This document shows positions 51,170 to 61,500 of a stretch of 64,000 nucleotides of DNA, piece after piece. The stretch is taken from contig CATQHZ020000001.1 in the NCBI GenBank assembly GCA_958296135.2, forward strand, positions 4,352,001 to 4,416,000, written 5' to 3'. The translations under genes and the position numbers were made by a program. Within the stretch, counting starts at the first letter, position 1. Every line of letters starts with the position of its first letter. The notes beneath the pieces are model-generated. The model did not search any database, was not told the DNA's origin, and was given only the letters and a program-made list of their open reading frames with translations. The DNA is from an uncultured Poribacteria bacterium (GTDB lineage: Bacteria > Poribacteria > WGA-4E > WGA-3G).

Positions 51170-51994
51170 ATGAAAACCTTAGCCATCCTCAGCATGAAGG
51201 TGCTGCTCTTCACCAGCTGCGCCACCCTGCCGACTCAGGAACTCCAGCAAGAACGCGAAGAACTTCTCACGGAACTTGAAGATGTCCGCGAAAAACACCA
51301 TCCGGACAAACTCAAGAACGCGATAAGGGAACTGCTGCTCGGAAAATGGCAGTATGTTAGCCTAGAGGTTGAAGATGGTAGCATCAATAAGCGGAAGGCG
51401 AACCCACCACAGAAAAGCGATTCGCCTACGGATGCCAACAGACAAGTCACCACCCAGGAACAACTGTCGGAAGACGACGCAATCCGGTTGCCCCCTGTCA
51501 AGGTAACGGACAACCCCGCCAGTCAAAACATCGCAGCGGCGAAGGCGGCACTCGTCGCATCTACCCGCAAAAATCTGACGGTAGAATTTTTTGAGCGCGC
51601 CTCTTCCTACTATTACGCCGGCAAAAACGGAAGCACCGATATCACCGGGCAGTGTAACGTCACCACGATGCGTGTCGGCGATGAATCGTACCCCTTTATC
51701 CAGTTTAATCGACGCACGGGGATAGAAATGCTAGAGTTTTTGTTCGGTTACGAACAGGCAAGGCGCGTGGTTGCAAAGATTAAACGAATCGCACGTGCCA
51801 AAAGACGCGAGCTCGGAGAACAAGGCAGCATGAAGGTACTCGGTAAAGCTTTATCGTTCTCAGTCATTTCAACGATGGGCATCGCGGTGACAGAAGACCG
51901 GCTCTATCTCATCGCGTATGGCGACATGGAACTAACACCGAAAGGTTGGATGCGCACCGGCGGCATCCGATGCACCTTAAAACGCGTGGAATAG
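51170..51994 (+). CDS. Lipoprotein, lipocalin-like paralog 3
   Basis: Near-identical to paralog 2 except for one basic loop. Confidence 0.8.
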   Translation: MKTLAILSMKVLLFTSCATLPTQELQQEREELLTELEDVREKHHPDKLKNAIRELLLGKWQYVSLEVEDGSINKRKANPPQKSDSPTDANRQVTTQEQLSEDDAIRLPPVKVTDNPASQNIAAAKAALVASTRKNLTVEFFERASSYYYAGKNGSTDITGQCNVTTMRVGDESYPFIQFNRRTGIEMLEFLFGYEQARRVVAKIKRIARAKRRELGEQGSMKVLGKALSFSVISTMGIAVTEDRLYLIAYGDMELTPKGWMRTGGIRCTLKRVE

Positions 51995-52199
51995 TCTGAA
52001 ATGATGCGAGCCCCGCCTCTTTGAACGTCGGGTGGGGCTCTGTCCTCCGCCATGCTGCAGGCAGTTCATCGCCGGACGTTCGCGAGGGACAGGTTTTCCC
52101 TCGCGCTACGGGCTGCCAGAACATCCTTGGCACATAGGGCGGGGGCTGTCTCCCGCCATGGCAATACGAAACGGAGAATGTTTCTGTAAGGAGACACCC

Positions 52200-52823
52200 A
52201 TGAAAATCTTAACGTCACTCGCCTTTCTCATCTTAGCTCTGGTATTCACCGGATGCACCACCGCCGAATACCAGAAAATGCAGCACGAACGCACTCGGCT
52301 CCGCGAGATATACGAGGATGCCCGCCGGAAACATTTCAACGCGCCAACAGAAATCAAGCACGCAGTCATCGACAGCGTGCTCGGAACGTGGCGACTGCGC
52401 AGCATCGAGATGAAAGAAGGCGATGTCAGCGAGGAAATTTTGGCGGCGACAGTCGCCCTGGACGCTTCCAGCCGTAAAAACCTCACCCTCCGCTTTTATC
52501 GGGACAACACCGTGCCGCGTTATGAAGGCATCAACGGAAGTATCGTCATTTCGGGCCCATTGACGGTGGGCCTCCGCCGTATTGCCGAAGAACTGTATCC
52601 GCTACTCATATTGCTGCGCGGGCAAGGGCTCTCGCCAGCAGAATTTCTACTTGAGCATAGCGCGGCAGAGCTCTATCCGCGCATCGTGAATCTTCCGCTC
52701 AGCATCTCGGTAGATGGCGATAGACTTTTGCTCACCTTAGATGGCGGCATGACGCTGACTCCTGATGGTTGGGCACAGCGCGGCGGGATTCGGTGTGCTT
52801 TCCAACGGATGAAAGAGGAGTGA
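52200..52823 (+). CDS. Lipoprotein, lipocalin-like paralog 4
   Basis: AAGGAG RBS, lipobox FTGC, VLGTWRL, GWAQRGGIRCAFQRMK. Confidence 0.8.
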   Translation: MKILTSLAFLILALVFTGCTTAEYQKMQHERTRLREIYEDARRKHFNAPTEIKHAVIDSVLGTWRLRSIEMKEGDVSEEILAATVALDASSRKNLTLRFYRDNTVPRYEGINGSIVISGPLTVGLRRIAEELYPLLILLRGQGLSPAEFLLEHSAAELYPRIVNLPLSISVDGDRLLLTLDGGMTLTPDGWAQRGGIRCAFQRMKEE

Positions 52824-53007
52824 GTTTTCTCGGATTTTTGTTCATATCACTGAAGAAGAGGCACGCCAATTGGAACATCACTACGGATGTGAATTTTGGG
52901 GGACGAGCGTAACCCGAGAAGACAAAGCCTATTACGATATCCCCAATAATATCGCAGCACTTCTCCCCGTGCTTGAATTGGCGTATCGCCACCGTAGCGA
53001 AGAGTGA
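52822..53007 (+). pseudogene. Start-less 3' gene remnant
   Basis: Open frame EFSRIFVHITEEEARQLEHHYGCEFWG...IAALLPVLELAYRHRSEE* looks protein-like, but there is an upstream in-frame stop and no start. Confidence 0.4.
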
Positions 53008-53058
53008 TGCGGCTTGGAGTTAGCGGCGCGCTGCTGTGGCGCGCCTACCAGAACCTTC

Positions 53059-53673
53059 TCAGGCGCGTCCATCCCCATTCGCCATCGCGCTCCTGAATAC
53101 CGCTTCAACCGCACCAAAGAGCCGAGGCAGGTCATCTACCGTGTAGCGCGTTCTATCGCGGGTATAGACATCACCGACGAGCCGCCCAAATTGCCACTGT
53201 TCGCCATCGCTGACAATGCCATACACCGGAAAAGCCGCATCGTCATTGATTTTCTGGGCAGCCACCATCTCCGCGAGGCATTGCCCCCAACCGAGAACAA
53301 AATCGTTCCGCTTCGCCTCTACAAACAGAATGAGCGGCATCCCGACAACAGGGATACCCAACTCAGAGCGTATAGAGACAAAGTAATCCGGCGTGCCCGT
53401 CAACGTCTCATCGTAGGTGATGGACTTCCCTATCCAGAGCGCGTAATCCTTGGCGTATGCCTTATAGCACTCCCATAAAATCGGATAGATGAGCGCGTGG
53501 CACCGAGCCGACTCCGACGCGAAAACATCAATGTGCTCCTGGGCAAACTCAAAGTCGTGCAGGAGATGCCCCGGCGGCGTTGACTCCTCGCTTTCGATGA
53601 AGTTACCCCACGTGAAGGTAACCTTGAAATTTTCTAGCACTTCATGAACCGTTTTGAAATCACTAAATGCCAT
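53059..53673 (-). CDS. PD-(D/E)XK nuclease-like protein, tandem copy C
   Basis: GTPDYF..VEAKRNDF..GWGQCLAEMVAAQ; AGGAGG RBS; 615 nt. Confidence 0.85.
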   Translation of the reverse strand: MAFSDFKTVHEVLENFKVTFTWGNFIESEESTPPGHLLHDFEFAQEHIDVFASESARCHALIYPILWECYKAYAKDYALWIGKSITYDETLTGTPDYFVSIRSELGIPVVGMPLILFVEAKRNDFVLGWGQCLAEMVAAQKINDDAAFPVYGIVSDGEQWQFGRLVGDVYTRDRTRYTVDDLPRLFGAVEAVFRSAMANGDGRA

Positions 53674-53763
53674 GGGATTTTCCCTCCTTTCTAGCGTTAG
53701 CCCCATTTTGTTGTACTGGCGTTCGGGCTCATCAGCCACCGAACGCCAACAGAGAATTGGAGC

Positions 53764-54378
53764 TCAGGCGCGCCCGCCGCCTTTTCCCATCGCGCTCCTG
53801 AAAATCGCTTCAACCGCACCAAAGAGTTCCGGCAGATCATCCGCCGTGTAGAGCGTTCTATTGCGGATAAAAACATCGCCGACGAGCCGGCCAAATTCCC
53901 ACAATCTGCCATCGCTGACAATGCCATACACCGGGCAACCCGCATCGTCATTGATTTTCTGGGCAGCCACCATCTCCGCGAGGCATTGCCCCCAGCCAAC
54001 CTCAAAATCGTTCCGTTTCGCCTCTACCATCATGACTAAGGGAGCACCAACAACTCTTTTCCCCAACGGCGACCGGGTGGAGACGAAGTAATCCGGCGTG
54101 CCCGTCAACGTCTCATCGTAGGTGATGGACTTCCCTATCCAGAGCGCGTAGTCTTCGATGTATGCCTTATAGCACTCCCATAAAATCGGATAAATCAGCG
54201 CGTGGCACCGAGCCGACTCCGACGCGAGAACATCAATGCTCTCCTGGGCCAACTCAAAGTCGTGCAGGAAATGCGCCGGCGGGTTTGCAGCCTCACGCTC
54301 CACGAAGTTTTCCTCCACGGAGGTGATGCCGAATTGCTCCTGCACTTCAGCCTCTGTTTTAAAATCACTAAATGCCAT
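53764..54378 (-). CDS. PD-(D/E)XK nuclease-like protein, tandem copy B
   Basis: Same motifs; 615 nt. Confidence 0.85.
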   Translation of the reverse strand: MAFSDFKTEAEVQEQFGITSVEENFVEREAANPPAHFLHDFELAQESIDVLASESARCHALIYPILWECYKAYIEDYALWIGKSITYDETLTGTPDYFVSTRSPLGKRVVGAPLVMMVEAKRNDFEVGWGQCLAEMVAAQKINDDAGCPVYGIVSDGRLWEFGRLVGDVFIRNRTLYTADDLPELFGAVEAIFRSAMGKGGGRA

Positions 54379-54465
54379 GGGATTTTCCCTCCTTTCTAGC
54401 GTTAGCCCCCATTCTGTACTGGCATCGGGCTCATCAGCCACCGAACGCCAACAGAGAATTGGAGC

Positions 54466-55080
54466 TCAGGCGCGCCCGCCGCCTTTTCCCATCGCGCTCC
54501 TGAAAATCGCTTCAACCGCACCAAAGAGTGCCGGCAGATCATCCGAATCAAAACTAGGGCGGTAGCGGGTAAAGGCATCGCCGACGAGCCGCCCAAATTG
54601 CCACCGTTCGCCATCGCTGACAAGGCCATACACGGGCCGAACCGCATCGTCATTGATTTTCTGGGCAGCCACCATCTCCGCGAGACATTGCCCCCAGCCC
54701 ATCTCAAAATCGTTCCGTTTCGCCTCCACCATCATGATTAAGGGAGCACCAACAACGTTTTTGCCCAACGGCGACTTTGTAGAGACGAAGTAATCTGGCG
54801 TGCCCGTCAACGTCTCATCGTAGGTGATGGATTTCCCTATCCAGAGCGCGTAGTCTTCGATGTATGCCTTATAGCACTCCCATAAAATCGGATAAATCAG
54901 CGCGTGACAACGGGCCGACTCGGATGCGAAAACATCAATGTGCTGCTGAGCCAACTCGAAGTCGTGCAGAAAATGCGCCGGCGGGTTTGCAGCTCCACGC
55001 TCCACGAAGTTTTCCTCCACGGAAGTGATGCCGAATTGCTCTTGGACCTCGGCGGCGGTTTTGAAATCGCTGAATGCCAT
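54466..55080 (-). CDS. PD-(D/E)XK nuclease-like protein, tandem copy A
   Basis: Same motifs; 615 nt; TTGACA-18-TAGACT promoter at 55110-55139. Confidence 0.85.
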   Translation of the reverse strand: MAFSDFKTAAEVQEQFGITSVEENFVERGAANPPAHFLHDFELAQQHIDVFASESARCHALIYPILWECYKAYIEDYALWIGKSITYDETLTGTPDYFVSTKSPLGKNVVGAPLIMMVEAKRNDFEMGWGQCLAEMVAAQKINDDAVRPVYGLVSDGERWQFGRLVGDAFTRYRPSFDSDDLPALFGAVEAIFRSAMGKGGGRA

Positions 55081-55157
55081 GACGGTTTCCCCTCTTTTTC
55101 GTTTCTTATAGTCTATCACAAACTTGAAGGCAATGTCAACCTCTTTTCGCGCGACAC

Positions 55158-57524
55158 TCACTGTCGCACCGTCCGCAACTTCCCACGCCAATCTACCCGC
55201 ACCTTCCAATTATTCCAACGCGGCAGCAACACCGTGCTCAGCGTCGGTTGCCGAATGCCGCTCATCCATACCAAGGTTACCTGCCTCTGCCTCGGAGCGT
55301 ATGCCACCCGAAACTTGGCACCGTTCACGGAAAATTCCCGCGGATACTGCGCCTCAATGTCAGCAATCGTAGCATCGTCTATTTTAGTAAACCGCAAATC
55401 CTCGGCGGAGAGGAGTTCGCACTCCTCTGCCGCTTCCACGCCTAATTCTGTCAGTCGCGAAACTAACCACGCCTGCGGCGTTATCTCTGCCGACACTGAA
55501 TTTAATGCGCAATGCAAATGCCACGCATCAATCGCTCGGGTCAGCTGTTCTCCCACCCCCGAAAAGAGTTTACCGGAAAGAATCAGAGAAGCAAGTGCCT
55601 CTCTCAACAATTCCCCACGTAGAGTCCTTTGCTCCCGCCCAATCTCGCGGCCCGCGTACGTCGTCACGACTTCGGCGATAATCTCCGTTCCTACCTGTTT
55701 CGGGGCGGTCACTTCGGATGTGCCGATGCCTGCCTTCACAAGCGTCTCGAACGTGCAAGGCATGGCGGTGCGTCCCATCAACTGCACACGCGTGCCTTTC
55801 GCAATGCCGACAGTCTCCAAGATTAAGGCAGCGTGCCGCTCTTTCGGCACCAGCGAATCTGAATCCAGTAGCACCTCCGCTTGTCCATTTCCCCATCCCT
55901 TCCCTTTCCGCCTTCTGACATAAGCACAAGCCGGCCACTCCCGTAAGAGATAGTCTATCAGTCCGGTCCGATTCGGATGAGGCGCATCCAAAAAACCGGC
56001 AGGCACTTCTATCGGCGGCAGCTCAAAAAACGCGCGCAGCTGCGTCGCAATCCGGCGGCATTCAGCGAGGGCATTTTTGTGGAGGTGATGCCGTTTCACA
56101 TCACCGTGACGCAGCGTGCGGATAGCCGCTGTCGCATCGCAGGCATCTCCGCGGAAGAGCTCCTTTCGGCGTGCTTCCTGAACCGCCTCCTGTTGCTCAT
56201 GCGGCAGATGCTCCATGCGCCGCCATAACGGCGCGGGACGTTCCAACGTCGCAACCAGAACTACCAACTCTGGACGAAATTCCCGCGGGGCTTTGACTAG
56301 CAATCGCGCGTGCAGCGGATTGACCGGCAGCGTGCACAATTTCGCGCCATACTCCGTGAGCGTATCATCTGCTGCAAGCACACCCCAACTTTTCAGTTCC
56401 GTTTGCGCACGTTCCACCGCAAAATCCGGTGGCGCATCCAAAAAGGACAAATCTTGCGGCCGATAGCCGGTGGCGGCTACATCCAAAACAAACTGCGTCA
56501 AATCCTCGCGCCGAATCTCCGGCGGCGTTTCAGGTTCCAGTTGTCCGTGTTCCTCCCAGAGTCGATAGCATCTCCCCGGCCCGAGTCTGCCTGCACGCCC
56601 GCGGCGTTGTTCCGCCGAGGCCTGCGAGATAGGCCGTAACGCCAGGACGATGCGTTGACTTTGATGGATGCGCTGCCGCACAAGCCCCGCATCCACAACC
56701 GCGGTGATGCCGGGAAGCGTAATCGACGTTTCGGCGACATTCGTCGCCAAAATCACCCGGCGGCGGCGCGATTGCGTCTCAAACGCCAAGTCTTGCTCTC
56801 CCGGCGGCAAATTACCGTGTAGCGGGATAAGTTCAACCGCTCGGAGTCGGCGCAGCGCATCGTGGCACGAACTAATCTCACCTTTGCCGGGGAGGAAAAC
56901 CAGCACGTTTCCGTTTGTCTCCTGCAGCGCACGGCGAACGCCTCTCTCAACGCGCTCCGTTAAGTTCCGAGAAGTTGGCACCACCGTACCACCGAGGTAC
57001 TTCACCTCAACGGGATAGACGCGGCCTTCCGCGCGCAGCACCTTTCCGCTAATAAATCGCGCGAGGGGATGCGCCGCTATTGTCGCCGACATAATAACAA
57101 GATTAGCATCCGGCCGTTTTTTCCGGCAGATGGAGAGAACCAGGTCTGCCTCCACACCGCGCTCATGAAATTCGTCTAAAATCAGCGTGCGGTAACGGCC
57201 AAGCTCCTCTCCCGCCGCGTATCGGAGTGCCACCCCCGGCGTAACGAAACGAATGCCGGTTTCGTCGGAACTGACATCCTCAAACCGCACGGTGTAACCG
57301 ATAGAACGGCCCAACGATTCGCCATGCTGCTGCGCCACCCACCGGGCAAGCGAACGGCATGCGACGCGACGCGGCTCCACGACAAGTACCGGCCCCGGGC
57401 ACCACGTCGGAATCTGCGTCGATTTCCCGCTGCCAGTCGGTGCAACGACAACGACGGGGCCCGTAGCAAGTGCAGCGCAAAATGTCGTCTTTAATTGTGT
57501 AATAGGAAGGGTTGTTTCGTTCAT
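55158..57524 (-). CDS. hrpB: HrpB-like DExH-box RNA helicase
   Basis: LPI..APTGSGKST, EPRRVA, GYTVRFE, DEFHER, MSAT, FLPG, ATNVAETSIT, QRRGRAGR. Start taken at MNETTLPI; the ORF-track extension reads through upstream repeats. Confidence 0.85.
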   Translation of the reverse strand: MNETTLPITQLKTTFCAALATGPVVVVAPTGSGKSTQIPTWCPGPVLVVEPRRVACRSLARWVAQQHGESLGRSIGYTVRFEDVSSDETGIRFVTPGVALRYAAGEELGRYRTLILDEFHERGVEADLVLSICRKKRPDANLVIMSATIAAHPLARFISGKVLRAEGRVYPVEVKYLGGTVVPTSRNLTERVERGVRRALQETNGNVLVFLPGKGEISSCHDALRRLRAVELIPLHGNLPPGEQDLAFETQSRRRRVILATNVAETSITLPGITAVVDAGLVRQRIHQSQRIVLALRPISQASAEQRRGRAGRLGPGRCYRLWEEHGQLEPETPPEIRREDLTQFVLDVAATGYRPQDLSFLDAPPDFAVERAQTELKSWGVLAADDTLTEYGAKLCTLPVNPLHARLLVKAPREFRPELVVLVATLERPAPLWRRMEHLPHEQQEAVQEARRKELFRGDACDATAAIRTLRHGDVKRHHLHKNALAECRRIATQLRAFFELPPIEVPAGFLDAPHPNRTGLIDYLLREWPACAYVRRRKGKGWGNGQAEVLLDSDSLVPKERHAALILETVGIAKGTRVQLMGRTAMPCTFETLVKAGIGTSEVTAPKQVGTEIIAEVVTTYAGREIGREQRTLRGELLREALASLILSGKLFSGVGEQLTRAIDAWHLHCALNSVSAEITPQAWLVSRLTELGVEAAEECELLSAEDLRFTKIDDATIADIEAQYPREFSVNGAKFRVAYAPRQRQVTLVWMSGIRQPTLSTVLLPRWNNWKVRVDWRGKLRTVRQ

Positions 57525-57672
57525 CACGCGCATTATTATGGAGGTAGATGTAGACGCTCGCGGCGAGGCAGGTTCGGACGCGAACGGACGCGGACGGTTT
57601 TCCGCTGGAAAATTCACGGGAAGGCGCAACACAAATTCGGGCGCGCCGAACTTTGCCAACGCGCCTCGCGGA

Positions 57673-58140
57673 TTATTGACGCTTGTCATCAGTCTGCTGC
57701 GCCTCGCGTGCTTCCAATTCGGCGATGCGTGCAGCCTTCTCGGCATCGAGTGATTCCAATTCGGCGATGCGTGCAGCCTTCTCGGCATCAAGTGATTCAA
57801 GCGCGGCAAGGCGCGCAGTCTTCTCGGCATCACGCTCTTCCAAATCGAGGATGCGATTGATCAACCGCTCGCGCTCTTTAATTTTGAACAACACTTTTTC
57901 AATCCCCCAATGTATCAGCGCGGCGAGTAAGACACTTGCAATCGAGACAGTTTGCGCCGCACTGCTGTGTTTCTGAAGAGTGGCAACAAGCTTGACACCC
58001 TGCTGGCTGTTAAGGTTTTCTTGGCCATGTACATAGGCGAGATACCCAATGAAGGACAACAAGGCGATGCCTACGAGTATCGGACCTCCACTGTTTTCTA
58101 AGTATCGCGCACTAAACTCTGGCTTTTCTGCTTTCTGCAT
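57673..58140 (-). CDS. Two-TM protein with 14-aa coiled-coil tandem repeats
   Basis: AGGAGG RBS; two hydrophobic segments; about three (DAEKAARIAELESL) units from a 42-bp repeat at about 57712-57835. Confidence 0.75.
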   Translation of the reverse strand: MQKAEKPEFSARYLENSGGPILVGIALLSFIGYLAYVHGQENLNSQQGVKLVATLQKHSSAAQTVSIASVLLAALIHWGIEKVLFKIKERERLINRILDLEERDAEKTARLAALESLDAEKAARIAELESLDAEKAARIAELEAREAQQTDDKRQ

Positions 58141-58500
58141 AGTCTATACGAATTCCTCCTTTTCTTCGTTTCCATCCCCTGCAATAGGGGCCACCGTTAA
58201 CCGCTGTATCCATCGCCTTTGTATCTTTAATGATACCATAAATCCACTGAAATGTCACGTTTTTCTGATGTTTTTTACAAAAATGTCCAAAACGGCTGAA
58301 AAACCGACATTTTCCTGTGAGAGGATTAACAGGATTAGGGGCACCTGGGCTATCAACTCCTTTTCTTCTTCTGATCGAACAAGTGGTGGCGGGATGCCCA
58401 GACAGCACGCCGCTCATGCAGCTCATCTTGAAATCCAAGCCGACGCGAGACAGACATTTTTCACTTGCAATTTTATCGCAAATCACGGTATAATGTGTTT

Positions 58501-61500
58501 ATGCCAACACTCACTCTCAAACCAACCCACAAAACCGTCACGGCCTACTATGATGCCCTCGACCGGTATCGCCAACACGGCGTAACGCACGAAACTGCTG
58601 TGCGCGCCGCCTTTCAAGCACTCCTTGAAGCATGCGCACGACAACTTGACTGGACACTCATCTGTGAACAGACGCTCCGACTCCCAGGCAGAAACCCTCT
58701 CCGCCTCGATGGCGCGCTACTTGACGAGCACAGCCTCCCCCGCGGCACCTGGGAAGCAAAAGGCGTAAAGGGCAACCTCCGCGCCGAAATCGACAAGAAA
58801 TTCGATGCCGGTTACCCGCAGGACAACATCCTCTTCCAGACACCGGAACGCGCGATGCTCTACCAAAACGGCACGGAAGTGCTGGACGCAGACATCACTG
58901 AACGCGAAACCCTTGTCACCGTCCTGCAGACATTCTTCGCCTACGAACGCGCCAATGCCGCCCAATGGCGCGCCGCCGTCGCGCGGTTCAAGGAACTCGT
59001 CCCCGAACTCGGCACCGAAGCCGCAAACATTATCAAGACGCAGCACCAAACCAACGCGCAATTCCGCGCCGATTTCGCCGACTTCCACCACCTCTGCAAA
59101 ACCGCCATCAACCCGAACCTCTCCGAGGCAGCCGTCGAGGAGATGCTCATCCAACACCTCCTCACCGAACGGATGTTCCGCACTGTCTTCGAGGACCCGG
59201 ATTTCGCACACCGCAACGTCATCGCACGCCACATTGAGAAGGTGCTGAAGGGACCGCTCGCCACAGTCTGGAACCGTGGCGAATTCCTCAGAAAGTTGTC
59301 ACCGTTCTACCGTGAAATCGAACGCGAGGCAGCGACACTCGTCGACTTCTCGCAGAAACAGCACTTCCTCAACACCGTCTATGAGCAGTTCTTCCAAGGC
59401 TTCTCTGTCAAGCAAGCGGACACGCACGGCATCGTCTACACCCCGCAACCTATCGTCGATTTCATGGTGAAGAGCGTCGACTACCTGCTCAAAACGCAGT
59501 TCAATCGCTCCCTCGCTGACAGCGGCGTTCACCTCATCGATGCGTTTGTCGGCACCGGCAACTTCATCGTCCGCCTCATGCGCGAAATCCCCAAGACAAA
59601 ACTGGAAGCGAAATACCGCCACGAACTCTGGTGCAACGAGATGCTGCTCATGCCGTACTACATCGCAACGCTCAACATCGAGCACGAGTTTTACGCCGCC
59701 ACGGGGACATATCTCCCCTTTGAAGGCATCTCCCTCGTCGATACGTTCGACCTGGCGGAAGACCGGCAGCTGTCGCTGTTAACCGAGGAAAACACGGCGC
59801 GCGTCGCAAAGCAAAAGGCATCCCCGATGTTTGTTGTCATCGGCAACCCGCCTTACAATGCCGGGCAAGTCAACGAAAATGATAACAATAAGAATCGCAA
59901 ATATCCCACGATGGACGCTCTGATTCGGGATACCTATGCCAAGGATTCTCGCTTGACGCTCAAAAATTCCCTCTACGATCCTTACGTGAAAGCACTCCGC
60001 TGGGCATCCAATAGAATCGGCAAGCAGGGCATCGTCGCCCTCGTCACCAACAACAGCTTTCTGGATGGCGCGTCGTTTGACGGAATGCGCAAACATCTCG
60101 CCCAAGATTTTGACGCGCTCTATCTCCTCGACCTCGGCGGAAATGCCCGCAAAGACACCCTGGTCTCCAACGCAAACGTCTTCGGCATTCGTGTCGGCGT
60201 AAGCATCAACTTCTTCGTCAAAAGCGACGCGGTAGGAGGGACTTCCCGCTCACGACTTCCTGCGCGCATTTTTTATCACCGCACTGACAACAAGTGGGAT
60301 AAAAACCAGAAGTTTGAATTCCTTGGCCACTCCGAACACGTTGGCAACGTTGACTGGCAAACGCTTCAGCCCGACGCACGGCATACCTGGCTCACCGAAG
60401 GACTCAACCCTGAATTTTTGACATTCACACCGATAGGGAGCAAGGCAGCAAAACAAATGAAAGGCGCAGCGGCAGGCGTGATTTTCCACACGTTCAGCAA
60501 CGGTGTAAAAACGAACCGTGATGCCTGGGCTTGCAACTTCAACCGAGAAACGCTCGCTGCAAACATGCAACGGATGATCGGTGTCTATAACGCGCAGGTG
60601 TCCCAGTGGCGCGACCGGGAAGACACATCGGAGATAAGTGTGGACGATTTTGTGGATGGTGATGACACAAAAATCAAATGGAGTGGCGATTTGAAAACCG
60701 CACTCAAAAAGGGGATTTTTGCCCAGTTTTCCGATGAAAAATTGCGCACGTCTCTCTACCGCCCTTTCACCCGCCCCTTCCTGTTCTTCGATCGGTTGAT
60801 GAATAATAGCACCTATCTCTGGCCCTATATCTTTCCGACACCTGACACTGAAACAGAAAATCGGGTGATTTGCGTCAGTGCAATAGGCGCGAACAAACCT
60901 TTTCACACGTTGATGGCCTCCGTTATCCCGAATCTACATTTAACCGGTGATTCCCAGTGCTTCCCCTTCTACATTTACGATGAAGACGGCACCAACCGCC
61001 GAGAAAACATCACCGACTGGGCCCTGGAAAACTTCCGAGCCCATTACGGCGACGACACCCTCACGAAGTGGGATATTTTCAACTATACCTACGGTGTCCT
61101 GCACCATCCGGGTTATCGCGAACGCTACGCCGCTGATCTCAAGCGCGATCTGCCGCATATCCCTTATGCCGAAGATTTTTGGGCATTTGCCGAGGCCGGT
61201 GCGCAGCTCGCCGAACTGCATGTCAACTACGAGACGCAGCCCCAGTACCCGCTCACGTTTGTGGAAGATGCGACGAAGCAACTTGATTTCCGCGTGGAAC
61301 GGATGAAGCTATCCAAAGACCGGACGCGGCTCATCTATAACAAGTTTTTGACGTTAGAGGGGATTCCGCAGGAGGTGTTTTCGTATCGGTTGGGGCCGTA
61401 TTCGGCGTTAGAGTGGGTAGTGAAACAGTATCGCGTGAAGCCAGAGCCGAGGAGTGGGATTGTGAACGATGCCAACGATGCAGAAAACCCGCGGTATATT

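Noticed and set aside
53674-53763. Hammerhead ribozyme or integron attC in the nuclease intergenic unit
   Set aside because: CTGATGAG is present on the minus strand but no correctly placed GAAA core follows; the GTT/AAC boxes are in the opposite order to attC and there is no integrase.
57525-57833. Repeat-containing N-terminal extension of HrpB (MPRRLHASPNWNH)
   Set aside because: Alternative-frame reading of the upstream gene's 42-bp repeats; helicase homology starts at LPI.
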